Assembly: GCA_026936335.1 (NCBI GenBank)
Contig: JAPMXV010000023.1
Location: 62,001-126,000 of the forward strand
DNA from: Mantamonas sphyraenae STR306
Taxonomy: Eukaryota; Protista; CRuMs
Direction: 5' to 3'
Length of the DNA: 64,000 nucleotides
Part shown: positions 12,823 to 24,441 of the stretch, piece after piece
Layout: each line of letters begins with the position of its first letter
Position numbering within the stretch: the first letter of the stretch is position 1
Notes under the pieces: generated by a model
Told to the model about the DNA's origin: nothing
Databases searched by the model: none
Seen by the model: the letters and a program-made list of their open reading frames with translations, nothing else
Position numbers and translations under genes: made by a program

Positions 12823-14849
12823 TCATTCCTCCTCGTCCTCCTTCTCCTCTGTGCATGACGACTCCACCCTTGTGCCCACATTGGGTGTGTGGAAGCGAAA
12901 GGTGGCAAAGACAGGTTTGTGGTCACTGAGCTGACGAGGAGTGCGTCCACGGGACAGTCGGATGTTCTTTTCATCCAACAGGATGTTCAACTGTTCCTCA
13001 TACTCGTCGGTGAGGGTGTCGTACACGTCATGACACACCCCACCGTCGATGCGATGGCGAAGCAACGCAGGGGACACCAGGATGTGGTCCAGCAGCAGAC
13101 GGCGTCGCTTCTCATCAACAAAGTCGTAGTGTTCCACAGAAAACAGGGCCGAATGGTGGTGCAGATCCAAAAAGGCGTGGCGATAGATGTACCGTGGGAA
13201 GAGGGCACTTCCACTGATGGTGTCGCATGAGGAGGAGGTGAGGTACACGTCCTCAATCTGATCCAAACCGGGCCCATCGTTGAGATCGCCCATGACAGCA
13301 CACAGCATGTGTGGGTTCTTCTTCTCCACCCCATTGAGGTACTTGCGGATGCGAAACGCCTCTGCCAACAACCGCCGCCTGTTCTTGACCGAGGCCTTGA
13401 TGTACTCGCGGGGTTCACTGCGGTGCATCTGCTGGCCGTGGGCCACAAACTTTGACTTTGAGTGGAGACCGACGACACGAAACAGGCGTGGCTGATCCTG
13501 GCCAGGCACCATGAGATCGACATCGACCACGAGGGGACGACGAGTGAACCCATACGGGGTGGGTTGGAAGGAGAAATCCAGATCCACCTCCCATTTAGTC
13601 TTGAGGGAGGCAGTGTCCTCGTCTCTGGCCACACGGGCATTGGAAAGCACACCGCCACGACGCACAAGGATGTACACACGTTGATCCCATCCATCCTTGC
13701 CACCAAACACATCATACTCGTCGTCAAGGTACTCTTCCACAAACAATTGCATCTTCCTGTGGATGTGTGTGTGTGTGAGTGGGGAGGGAGGGTGGGTGAG
13801 GGGCAAGCATGGCCTTTCCCTTACAGAATGTCGTTGGGTCCTTCAATGACCGTGAGGAGGTCGGGTTGGATCTCCTGGATGGCCTTTGCCAGAAACAGGG
13901 CCAGCAGACGCACATCCACCACTCCACGATCCAGATTCTTGTCCAGAAAGGCAGCATAGCGTTCCTCCTCCTCCTCCTCCTCTTCCCCTTCCTCATCTTG
14001 TTTCTCCACATCGCTGTCTGCTGCCCCCTCCTTGCCCTCTTCCTCTTCGTCGGTGGCCAGAGGCTGCTCCTCGTCGGGTTTGACCAATCCATTGCGTACG
14101 ATGCTGCTCCAGGACGAGGTGCTTTCTTGTGTGTGGCCCTGTGTGTCGACGTGGCGTGTGCGGACCATGACTTTGGTTTGGCGTTTGGGGTTGTTTTTGC
14201 GTACTTTGGCGGCGCGGTGAGGGGTGTCGCTTTGGAAGAGGTCGTTCATCCACAGGATGTTCCATGAGCAGACCTTGACCTGCACACTCTCTTCCCCTTC
14301 CTCACTGAACACCCTGCTACCACGTCTCTTGGACGACGATGCGTCTGCGTCTGCTGCCACCGACGCCAGCACAGGCGCCTTCCACGAGTCAATCAACTCG
14401 TCGTCCAACCCCAAATACGTGTTCAGTTCCTCAATGTTGTCATTGCCATGGCTGCGATCTGCATCATCGCTGTTGAACCGAACCACCCTTCGCACCTGCA
14501 CTTGCAATGTGTTGTCTGTGGTGTCCACCCCCACCTCCTGCTCATCCTCCACCTCCACCTGCACCGTGTGTCGTCTGGGTGACGATGCCGATGACGTCGA
14601 TGATCCACGTGGTGACGATGGTGACGATGATGAGGATGAGGATGATGAGGTTGCCGATGACGATGATTTGCGTCCACCACGCGGTCGGTTGCGGATCCGC
14701 ACCTTGCCGTGGATGTCCAGGCAATACTGGCCGTGTGGACAGTGTGGCCACAGCTTGCACAGTTTGTTCGGATGGTGGTATTCACACCGTTTGCCCTTGT
14801 AGCAAGTGGGCCAGAACTTGCACCGTTCATTGCGTCTCCGTGAAGACAT
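12823..14849 (-). CDS. Tandem CCCH zinc finger + endonuclease/exonuclease/phosphatase (EEP) protein; exons 14849-13825, 13756-12823
   Basis: CKFWPTCYKGKRCEYHH and CKLWPHCPHGQYCLDIH. EEP motifs SWNI, VIEGP, GLHSKSK, GDLND, LDHILVS, SDHKPV. 68-nt GTAAGG..ACAG intron. Confidence 0.82.
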
Positions 14850-14908
14850 GCTTTTGGGGGCTGTGACCTTGGCTCCCAAGGCGTCCCAACCCAACAGCCG
14901 TCCTCGCC

Positions 14909-16042
14909 ATGCCTCAAGGTGATTACATCGAGTTACATCGCAAGCGCCATGGCTATCGCATGGACCACTTTGAGCGCCTGTGAGTTGTGTGTGTGTGTGT
15001 GTGTGTGTGAGGGTGTGGAAATCAGTGTGGGTGGAAATTATGTGCTGACACACCAGACGGATGATGATTGTGCACATCCCATGACCCCTTGCAATGGTGT
15101 GTTGTGATGTGTGGGACGACGTGTGTGGCTGTGTGGTGATCCAGGCGCAAGAAGGAAGCGCGTATGGCGCACAAGCGTGCCGAGTTTGCGCAGAAGGTGC
15201 ACGGACTGAGGGCCAAGCTGTTCAACAAGGCTCGCCATAAGGAAAAGGTGGAGCTGAAGAAGACGTAGGTTGGCATTGGAGTGCATGACACTCATGCATG
15301 GGTGTCCTGCACTTGTGTGGACGGGTCTGGGAGGCGTTGGAAGCCGGCGGACGGATTTCGCATTTCCAAGGGGGGGGGGTGGGCAGAAAAAGACTGACAC
15401 CGAAGGAGACACACACACACGTGGACGGACGGATGACACACACACCACAGGATCAAGGAGCACCAGGAGAAGAAGAGCAAGAGGAAGGACAAGGAGGTGG
15501 TGAAGCAGGGGGCGGTGCCGGCGTACCTGCTGGACCGAGAAAACACGCAGCGAGCCAAGGTGCTGGCGAACATGGTGAAGCAGAAGCGAAAGGAAAAGGC
15601 AGGAAAGTACCAGGTGCCACTGCCCAAGGTGAAGAGTATCAGCGAGGAGGAAATGTTCAAGGTGGTGCGCACAGGGAAGCGGAAGAAGAAGGCGTGGAAG
15701 CGCATGGTGACCAAGGTGACATACGTGGGCGAGGGCTTCACACGAAAGCCACCCAAGTACGAACGCTTCATTCGTCCCTCTGCACTGCGCTTCAAAAAGG
15801 CCCATGTGACACACCCGGATCTGCAGATGACCTTCCACCTGGACATTCTGGGCGTGAAGAAGAACCCGCAGAGTGCCACCTACACACAGCTGGGCATCAT
15901 CACAAAGGGCACCATCATCGAAGTCAACGTCTCTGGTCTGGGTCTCGTCACACAGAGTGGTGCCGTCGTGTGGGGCAAGTATGCGCAGGTCACAAACAAC
16001 CCAGAGAACGACGGCTGCATCAACGCCGTTCTCCTCGTGTAA
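14909..16042 (+). CDS. NSA2: Ribosome biogenesis protein NSA2; exons 14909-14979, 15145-15264, 15451-16042
   Basis: [65 protein letters not shown]. Two GT-AG introns. Confidence 0.97.
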
Positions 16043-16119
16043 ACGAAGAGGGACGGAGAGAGACACGGGGAGGGAAGAGACATCAACAAAATGGGGTGGG
16101 TTCCAACCAATCCTTTGTG

Positions 16120-16575
16120 TCACAGTTTGGCTTTCTTCTGCTTGGCGAGCCACCGTTGCAGCCGCGAGAGACTGCCGCCAAACATTTGCTCTGCTCCCTC
16201 CTTGACCATGTCCACATCCTCTGCATTGTCGCAAGAGAAGGTGCTCTGCCACACTGCGTATGTCTGATCGGTGAGGGTGACCGGATACAGCTGCAGGCAG
16301 CCGTGGTACTCGCTTGTGGGGAGGTCTGATTCAGGGTGCAGCTCGTAGGACCAGAAGTGATGCTTGTCCGACAATCCGGTCAGTGTTTCGTAGATGTCAA
16401 TGTCTGCAGACACATGTCGCTTGGATCCAATGGTGTTGCGGTCTCCTGAGAGCATGGTGATGCGGATTTTGGAGGAGACCCAGGAGAGGTCGTCAAAGTT
16501 TCGCACAATGGACCACACAGTGTCGATGGGAGCGTCAATGACGGCACTGACAGTGGCAGAACCAGTGAGGGACAT
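16120..16575 (-). CDS. SRPBCC/polyketide cyclase-2 (START-like) protein, intronless
   Basis: VSAVIDAPIDTVWSIVRNF..W, GSKR, ETL, WSY, W..TF and a C-terminal helix, the typical pattern of the family. Confidence 0.8.
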   Translation of the reverse strand: MSLTGSATVSAVIDAPIDTVWSIVRNFDDLSWVSSKIRITMLSGDRNTIGSKRHVSADIDIYETLTGLSDKHHFWSYELHPESDLPTSEYHGCLQLYPVTLTDQTYAVWQSTFSCDNAEDVDMVKEGAEQMFGGSLSRLQRWLAKQKKAKL

Positions 16576-16645
16576 GGGTTGGGAAAAGGGGGGGGGGGGG
16601 TGGGACTGTTGGGATGGGTGCGCAAGGGCAGCCAGAGGAACGACG
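16576..16645. promoter_or_regulatory. 70-bp bidirectional promoter region with G-quadruplex-capable G-run cluster
   Basis: GGGTTGGGAAAA-G13-TGGGACTGTTGGGATGGG lies between the divergent SRPBCC and RecQ starts. Confidence 0.45.
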
Positions 16646-19600
16646 ATGCAGGTGGAAGAGAGGCCACGGGGCATCAAGAGCAATGTGCAGGAGGTGCTGC
16701 AGAGGTACATGGCAGACAAACAGACTCGTGGGTATCATGGAGTGGCATCGACAGGCGTGGTGTACGGACGCAGCCACGTGGAGGCGGCCACCGGGAACAG
16801 TTCGGGAACAAATGGCGCCAAGTGGACAACGTGGGTTGTACAGGGAGTTGCTCGTGCGCAACAGCGACACAGAGGGCATGGCACGGTGGGCACATGGGAG
16901 ACTGACACGAGGGTGCGTGTGAAGGTTGCCTCCGTTTGAGTATTACAATCCAGCAGGGGATGCCACTCAGGACTCGTCGACGGTGGCGACGTTGGGGCGA
17001 CAGGTGCGTGGGAGAACGGGTGAGAGACCGTGGTGGATGATGCAGGAGGAGGACTGACACTGTGTGGGCGGGTGTGACAGGGAGCCATGGCTTTGGAACG
17101 GTTCAGGAACGAGCAGGCGAGGGCGAACAAACGGGAGCCGGAGCGGCGGCAGAATCAAAGGCAGGAAGAACAACGTGCGCGGAGGCGGCAGGTGCATGTG
17201 TACGGAGAGCTACCAAACGAGTTTAACGACGCCAAAGAGGCCGAACGTGTGTTTGGGGTGGAGGCAGTGCGACGGGAACAGATGAACAGGAGCAGGCAGC
17301 TGGAGAACGTAGCGGAGGCGAGTGGACACGGGGTGGGCAACACGTCGCATGCAGGGTACGGAGGACACGATGCCATGGAAGAAGACGATGAGGATGCGTT
17401 GTGGGCACACATGGATGCTGTGGAAGCCAGCCACAATAGCAGTGGTAGCGGTGGAAGTGTGAGTGTGAGTGGGCACACACACAACAGCAGCATGGGCAGC
17501 GCACACTACTTTTCATCGGATGCAGAGCTGGAGGAACAGCTGGCAGCAGAGTTTAGCACACCACCGCAGCTGGAACGCAAACAGGAAGTGCCAGCTGTGG
17601 AACCCGGGGTGCGCAAGGAGATTGTGGCGCGTGTGGATGCGTACATGGAGCGTATGAAGCTTCTGGATGTGCAGAGTTTGAAGCAGGTGGCAGAGACGTT
17701 GAAGGAGACGCTGCAGAAGTGTGTGATGGAAGAGGCCTCGTTGACCATCAGTGCACCTGCAGAGTTGAAGGATAGGATGGACGAGGTGTCGTTGAGATTG
17801 AAGCGCATCAAGGCCATGGTGGATGGTGGGCCAACGCCAGCCACGACCACGACCAGGACACCTGTGCATCGCACCATGGGCTCATCTGTGTCATCGGCGT
17901 CGTCGACGACGGCCCCAATGGCAGCAGGCACGTCGACTCCATACACCCCCATGGGGGCAAGCACACCGTACACGCCGTCGACGTACGGCGGCGGCGGCGG
18001 TGGTGGGTCTGGGTACTCGTTCGATGCCGGGGCAAGGCGTACGATGTCGATGCAGGACAGCAGCATGTCGTCGTCGTCGTCGGTGGGCTCGACTCCATCG
18101 TCGACAGGGACAGGTGGGGGATTGCCAATGGCGTCATCAACGTCATCATCGTCATCGTCATTTGGGATGGGCATGGGCATGTCCGTGGAGCAGGGTGGAG
18201 GCAACTTTGAACGCAGCTTCCAGCGGAGCGAGGCAAGCATGGCGTTTGAACAGGAGGTGCAGAGCAACTTTGTGGGCAATCGACAGGAGGGGAGCAGCAT
18301 ACGGTATGAAGGGAGCGACAGCAAGTGGGTGCGGACACGGTTTCCGTGGCTGGGGGACCTGTCGCAGGCAAACAACAACGTGTTTGGCTACACGTCGTTC
18401 CGCACCAACCAGCTGCCGGCGATGAATGCATCGATGTCGGGCAAGGATGTGTTTGTGTTGATGCCCACGGGCGGAGGCAAGAGTCTGGTGTATCAGTTGC
18501 CAGGGATGGTGCAGGACGGGGTCACTGTGGTCATCTCCCCGCTGGTGTCACTCATCCAGGACCAGGTGGACGACCTCAACGAACACGGCGTCAAAGCAGT
18601 GAACCTGGGCAACATGAACAGCGACGAGGCAAAGAGTGTGTATTCGGATCTGGGACGCCATTCGGGACCACCGCCGGCGGTGAAGTTTGTGTTTTCCACG
18701 CCCGAGCGGCTGGCAGCAAGCAAGACGCTGGTGGACGTGTTGGCCAAGTTGCATGAACGCAACATGCTGCTGCGCTTTGTGATTGACGAGGCACACTGTG
18801 TGAGTGGGTGGGGCCACGACTTTCGTTCGGATTATCTGAAGCTGAGCATGCTGAAGCGGTCGTTTCCCAACACGCCGATCCTGGCGCTGACGGCGACGGC
18901 CACAGAGGTGGTGCGTGTGGACATCATGAAGCAGTTGCGCATGAACGACCCGGTGGTGTTTAAGCAGTCGTTCAACAGGACGAATCTGACGTACCAGGTG
19001 GAGAAGAAGGCAGGCAAGGTGCACTCGGAGCAGGTGGCCACGTGGATCAAACGCAACTATCCGCGTGACTCGGGCATTGTGTACTGTTTGTCACGCAACG
19101 ACGTGGAGAGCATGTGCAAGACTCTGAACAAGGCAGGGGTGCGTGCGCTGATGTACCACGCCGGGATGACGCAGGAGGCACGCAGTGCAAACCAGGGGGC
19201 GTGGACAAACAACACTGTGCCTGTGATGGTGGCCACCATTGCGTTTGGAATGGGGATCAACAAGCCAAACGTGCGCTTTGTGGTGCATTCGACCATGCCC
19301 AAGAGTCTGGAGGGGTACTACCAGGAGAGTGGGCGTGCGGGACGCGATGGCAACCCCAGCGAGTGCATGCTGTACTACTCGTACGGGGATAAGAAGCGTC
19401 TGGCGTCGATGATTGTCAAGGGGGAGGCCAGCAGGGAGACGCAACGGCGCAATCTGGCCAACGTGCGTTCGGTGTTGGACTACTGCACGGACGAGGTGAC
19501 GTGCAGGAGGCAATTGGTGTTGAACTACTTTGGGGAACAGTTTGATGCACGGCAGTGCCAGGGGTGTGACAACTGTGCACGCGAGGGCCAACGGGTGCAG

Positions 19601-20509
19601 GTGGACATGACGGCGTATGTGGAAGGGCTGGTGCGCATCCTGGAACACCTGGGCGACCATCTGACGGTGCTCATGCTGCTCAAGATTGCACGTGGCAGCA
19701 AGGCCAAGGACATCGTCAGCAAGGGCTGGACCACAGTGCGGGGCTTTGGCTGTGCAAAGAGCCTCAACGAAAGCACGCTGGAACGCCTCATTGCACGTCT
19801 GCTCATGGACGGCGTCATTGAAGAGACGGTCATGTTTACGCATCAGGGTGGCTCCATCGAGTATCTGCGCCTGGGTTCGGCCTGTCGCACATGGAAACGG
19901 CCCTACAAGCTGGTGGTCCTCGGTGGCTCCATGAGTGGCTCCGGCAGCAGCCGCAGTGGCAAGAGCAGCACAGGGACACGGGGAAAGAAGGCCGCGCAGC
20001 TGGAGTTGCAGCAGGATGAGGACGATGGCGAAAGCATGGTGTCCGCCTTGGTCAAGAAACGCACAAAGAAAGCGGCCTGGAAGCTGGTCGAGGGCGTGCG
20101 TGACCAGATCGCGGCCTTTATGACAGAGTTGGCCACGCAAACACGGCGTGACGTGCATCATCTGATGAACGACGAGGAGATGCTGGTGCTGGCGGTGGAG
20201 TTGCCGCGGTCCGAGTCGGCCATCGCACAGCTGCTGCCAGGCCTGCTCAAGAGGGACACCATGAAGCAGAATCTGACCAAACTGTCGCTGCGCATGAACG
20301 ACATTGCGCGGCGCATGGGCGATCGGGACAAGATCACACTGGGCAGCGCGTGGAAAAAGGGCCACGGGCCGTCGGCCGGCGGAGGAAGTGGAAATGACGG
20401 GGGTGGGAGGAGCGGGGCGGGGAGTGCTAGTGGCGGGAGGAAGAAGAAGAGGTCGGGGAAGGGTGGTCGGTCGGCATACTTTGCAAAGAGGCAGCGGTTC
20501 AAGAAGTAA
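16646..20509 (+). CDS. RecQ-family DNA helicase, BLM/Sgs1-like; exons 16646-16830, 16925-17003, 17081-20509
   Basis: MPTGGGKS, IDEAHCVSGWGHDFR, ALTATAT, ATIAFGMGI, YQESGRAGRDG, RQC Zn site (YC..CRR..C..CDNC), basic C-terminal NLS. Two upstream exons inferred from GT-AG sites with ACTGAC branch points. N-terminal SNVQEVLQRY resembles BLM NNLQEQLERH. Confidence 0.9.
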
Positions 20510-20669
20510 ATGGGTTTTGGAATTTTGATTCAAGTAGAAATTGGCGTTGGTGGGGGTGATCGATGATTTCAATGTGAATCAAAATTTAATGAGTGGATGG
20601 GAACACGAGGTTTCGTATGTTGCATTTGTTGGGCATTGCTTAGATTCACTCGCCTGCCTGCACGACATG

Positions 20670-21358
20670 TCAACCCGCTTCCACCTGCTCCTCTGCCTCA
20701 CGCGACGCCTTGTTCATGGCCACCACAACCTCGGTGAGACTTGTGCACAGGGCTGCAGCACGTGCAAGGTGCACCATGCCTGTGCCAACCCCATTGTCCG
20801 ACGCATACAGCCGCTGCAGACTGCGGCTTTGGGCCACCCCGTCCGCCAGAATGCTCACCGTCACCGCCGTCAATCCACACTGGTTCACATACAGCGTGTG
20901 GAGGTGGTTGTGCACAGCAAGGAGATTGGCCACCGCCTGCACAGCCTCCTCACCCAACTCGTTCTTGTTCAGCATCAGACACTGAAGTTGGTTGCCTGGT
21001 GTGGACAATGCGCCACACAACATGGCCACGTCGCTGTTGGACAGTCCTGTGTCTTGCAGTGACAATGTCCTTGTCACGTTTGCTTCCACCACCGCCGTCA
21101 CCAGGTTGTGCACCACATGTTTGTCACCATCGTGTGACCCAATCGCATGGTAATCCAAACACAGCTCCTAAGGACATCCCATCCATCCCCACGCACAGTC
21201 GTCAGTGCTGTGTTTTGTGGATTCCCCATTCCTGTCCTTTGCCCTCCACTCACCACACTGCTCTCCTTCAACGCCCTCACAATCTCATCCATGCCTGCAT
21301 TCTCCTTGCACAGTGTCAACACGTCTGCGTGCGGATGTGAGCTGTGATGATTTCCCAT
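20670..21358 (-). CDS. Small RNI-like leucine-rich-repeat protein, probably N-myristoylated; exons 21358-21254, 21167-20670
   Basis: MGNHHS start. Repeats LSLQDTGL, LMLNKNEL, LYVNQCGL, LYASDNGV. GTGAGT..TTAG intron. The 3' end may be affected by an indel. Confidence 0.75.
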
Positions 21359-21472
21359 TGTTCTTGTGTTGGTTTGGTGCCACCCATGCATCCGACACTC
21401 CCCCCCTTTACCCTGTCCCCACCCACCCTCCACCCACCCTCCCACCCACCCTTCCACACCCTGTTCCACCCC

Positions 21473-24402
21473 ATGCGCCATGGCCACCAACAAGAAATGG
21501 TGGGGCCGTTTCCCTTGCACAAAAACGCCAAACTCTTTTTCACACAAACACACACACACTGACACCATCCCTCCCTCCAACCTCCCTTCCCCCCCCCCCT
21601 CCCCACCCACGTGCAGAGCTTCAAGTACCGCGACGACGAGGAAGAAAGCCGAGCACGCCTGTCCGCCACCAACACGTATGAGGAGGAGGAAGACGAGGAA
21701 CCCAACTCGACCCGCTTGGGCTCTCCCGCGTTCCGACGTCCCGTGGGCGAGACAACCATGGAGCAGACCATCGCCACCACGCGTGCCATGATGCGTAGCA
21801 TTGATTTGGACGACGATGACGAAGAGGAGGACGACGAGGACGACGAGGGCACCACCAGCCGCTTTGGCAACTACATTGAACCCAGCGAGTCCTTTGACCA
21901 GTCCGCACTCAACACCTCCTCCTCCACTGCATCCACCGTCTCCACCCCAGGCGGCCCCAAGGACGAGCAGGCCCTGGGCACTGCCATCTCCATGAAGGAT
22001 GTGCGTTCCAATACCCAGTCCGCCCCTGGCCCTTTCCGCCCTTTTTCTGCAATCCCTCATTTCACCCAGCTTTGCGGTGTCCCCGTCACGCTCACTCCTC
22101 TCCCCCACGGCCCCACCCAACCTCCCACAGAAGGATGAAACCAGCATGTGGACCGAAGACGAAAAGATGCATTCGCTTGCCATCGAGGCCATCCTGGACC
22201 GGTCTCAAGGCAAGAAGCATGTCGATTCGGCCCAATTCCGCCGCATCCTCATCACCACAGGTGAGTTTGCGCCACACATGATGCATCCACACACAGCCAC
22301 ACGTCTCCATTCCACACATCCCTTGCACCCACTCTCCTCTGTGTCCCACCCATCTCTAACAACCTCCTTCCCCCTTCGCACCCCTTTCACCCCCTTCCCC
22401 CTCCCCCCCCGTTGCACCCCCCAATCCATCAGACAACTTCAAGTCGGAGGAAGTGGGTCCTGTGTGTGCCAACCTGCAGCTGGCACGTGAGATGCGTGAG
22501 ATGTTTGTGTTTCACGGGAACGAAAACACAGAGGCGACGCCGTCGCCGCATCCTGAGTATCATCCGTTTGAGCCGATGGTGCCAGAGACGACCAACGAAA
22601 CCTTCAAGTGGCGCAAGGGAGTGGTGATGATCCATGAGAGCTGGCAGAGCAAGGAGCCGCTGTTTTCGGTGCCGTCACTGAAGCGGTACTACAAGGCGTT
22701 GAACACACTGCTGTCCATTGTGTCGCACGGACCCACCAAGTCCATGTGTTACAAACGTCTGCGTCTGTTGGACGCACGGTACAACCTGCACATCCTTCTC
22801 AACGACCAGGCCGAGTTGTACCAGCAGAAACGGGTGCCCCATCGTGACTTTTACAACGTGCGCAAGGTCGACACCCACGTGCACCTCAGCTCCTCCATGA
22901 ACCAGAAGCAGCTGTTGCGCTTCATCAAACGCAAGCTGAAGGAGGAGCCTGACGAGGTGGTGATCTACCGCGACGACCACTACCTGACCCTGAAGGAGGT
23001 GTTCCAGTCGCTCAACCTGACCTCGTACGAACTCAACGTGGACACCCTGGACATGCATGCAGACAAGACCCTGTTCCACCGGTTCGACAAGTTCAACCTC
23101 AAGTACAACCCGTGCGGGCAGTCGCGTCTGCGCGAAATCTTCCTCAAGACCAACAACCACATCCAGGGCCGCTACATGGCCGAACTGACGCAGGATCTCA
23201 TGGACGATCTGGAGAGCAGCAAGTACCAGATGGCGGAACCGCGTGTGAGCATCTACGGACGCGATCCTGCAGAGTGGCAGCTGCTTGCGGATTGGGTGCA
23301 TGACAACAAGTTGTACTCGGACAACATGCGCTTCCTCATCCAAGTGCCCCGTTTGTACAACATCCACAAGGAGATGGGTCACATCAACTGCTTCCAGGAC
23401 ATGCTGGAGAACATCTTTGTGCCCCTGTTTGAGGTGACCAAGGACCCGCAGAGCAGGCCGCATCTGCATGCCCTCCTGTGTCAGGTGGTGGGCTTTGATT
23501 GCGTCGACGACGAGAGCAAACCCGAACCGCGTTCGTTTGTCAAGTTCCCCATCCCGGAGAACTGGGACAACCCGGAGAACCCGCCCTTCTCCTACTACCA
23601 TTACTACCTGTACGCCAACCTGTACTCGCTGAACAAGTACCGTCAGAGCAAGGGTCTCAACACGTTCAGCTTCCGTCCGCACAGCGGCGAGGCAGGCGAG
23701 ATCGAACACTTGGCGGCGTCGTACCTGTTGGCACAAGGGATCAACCACGGCCTGTTGCTGCGCAAGGCCCCCGTGCTCCAGTACCTGTATTACCTCGACC
23801 AGATTGGCATTGCAATGTCGCCGCTGAGCAACAACGCCCTGTTTGTCAACTACCAAAAGTCACCCTTTCCCGACTACTTTGCACGCGGTCTCAACGTCTC
23901 CCTCAGCACGGACGACCCGCTGCAGTTCCACATGTCCCGGGAACCCCTCATTGAGGAGTACTCTGTGTGTGCGCAGGTGTGGAAGATGAGCACCACGGAC
24001 ATGTGCGAGGTGGCACGCAACTCGGTGTACCAGAGTGGCTTTGACAACTGCATGAAGGCCTACTGGTTGGGCAAGAGCTACCACCTGCCGGGGCCCCAGG
24101 GCAACGACATCACACGCACCAACGTACCCAACATCCGCGTCACCTTTCGCCACGAAACACTCATGGACGAACTCCACTGGGTCTACGGCGACAGTCCCGC
24201 CGAGGACACCCCCAAGAACATCTCCTACAGCAGTCAGGACCGCGATGCATACATCGAGGCCGAGTACCATCGTATCCAGGAGCGCAAGAAGCGCGAAGCC
24301 GAAGCAGAGGAGGCGGCAGCGGCTTCCTCGTCGTCGTCGTCGTCCTCCTCCTCCACCGAGAACGAGGGCGTCGACGTCCAGCAGGAGGATGACTCGGACT
24401 AG
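21473..24402 (+). CDS. AMPD: AMP deaminase; exons 21473-21499, 21617-22000, 22131-22260, 22433-24402
   Basis: HRDFYNVRKVDTHVH, FHRFDKFNLKYNP, FRPHSGEAG, SLSTDDPLQFH. Three phase-compatible GT-AG introns; the first exon is less certain. Confidence 0.95.
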
Positions 24403-24441
24403 GAGGCATGAGCGCTGCACACCAAGAGCGGGTGTGTTGCC

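Noticed and set aside
20510-20669. AT-rich spacer as possible ncRNA/tRNA
   Set aside because: No cloverleaf, box motifs or stable hairpin; it fits convergent 3' UTRs.
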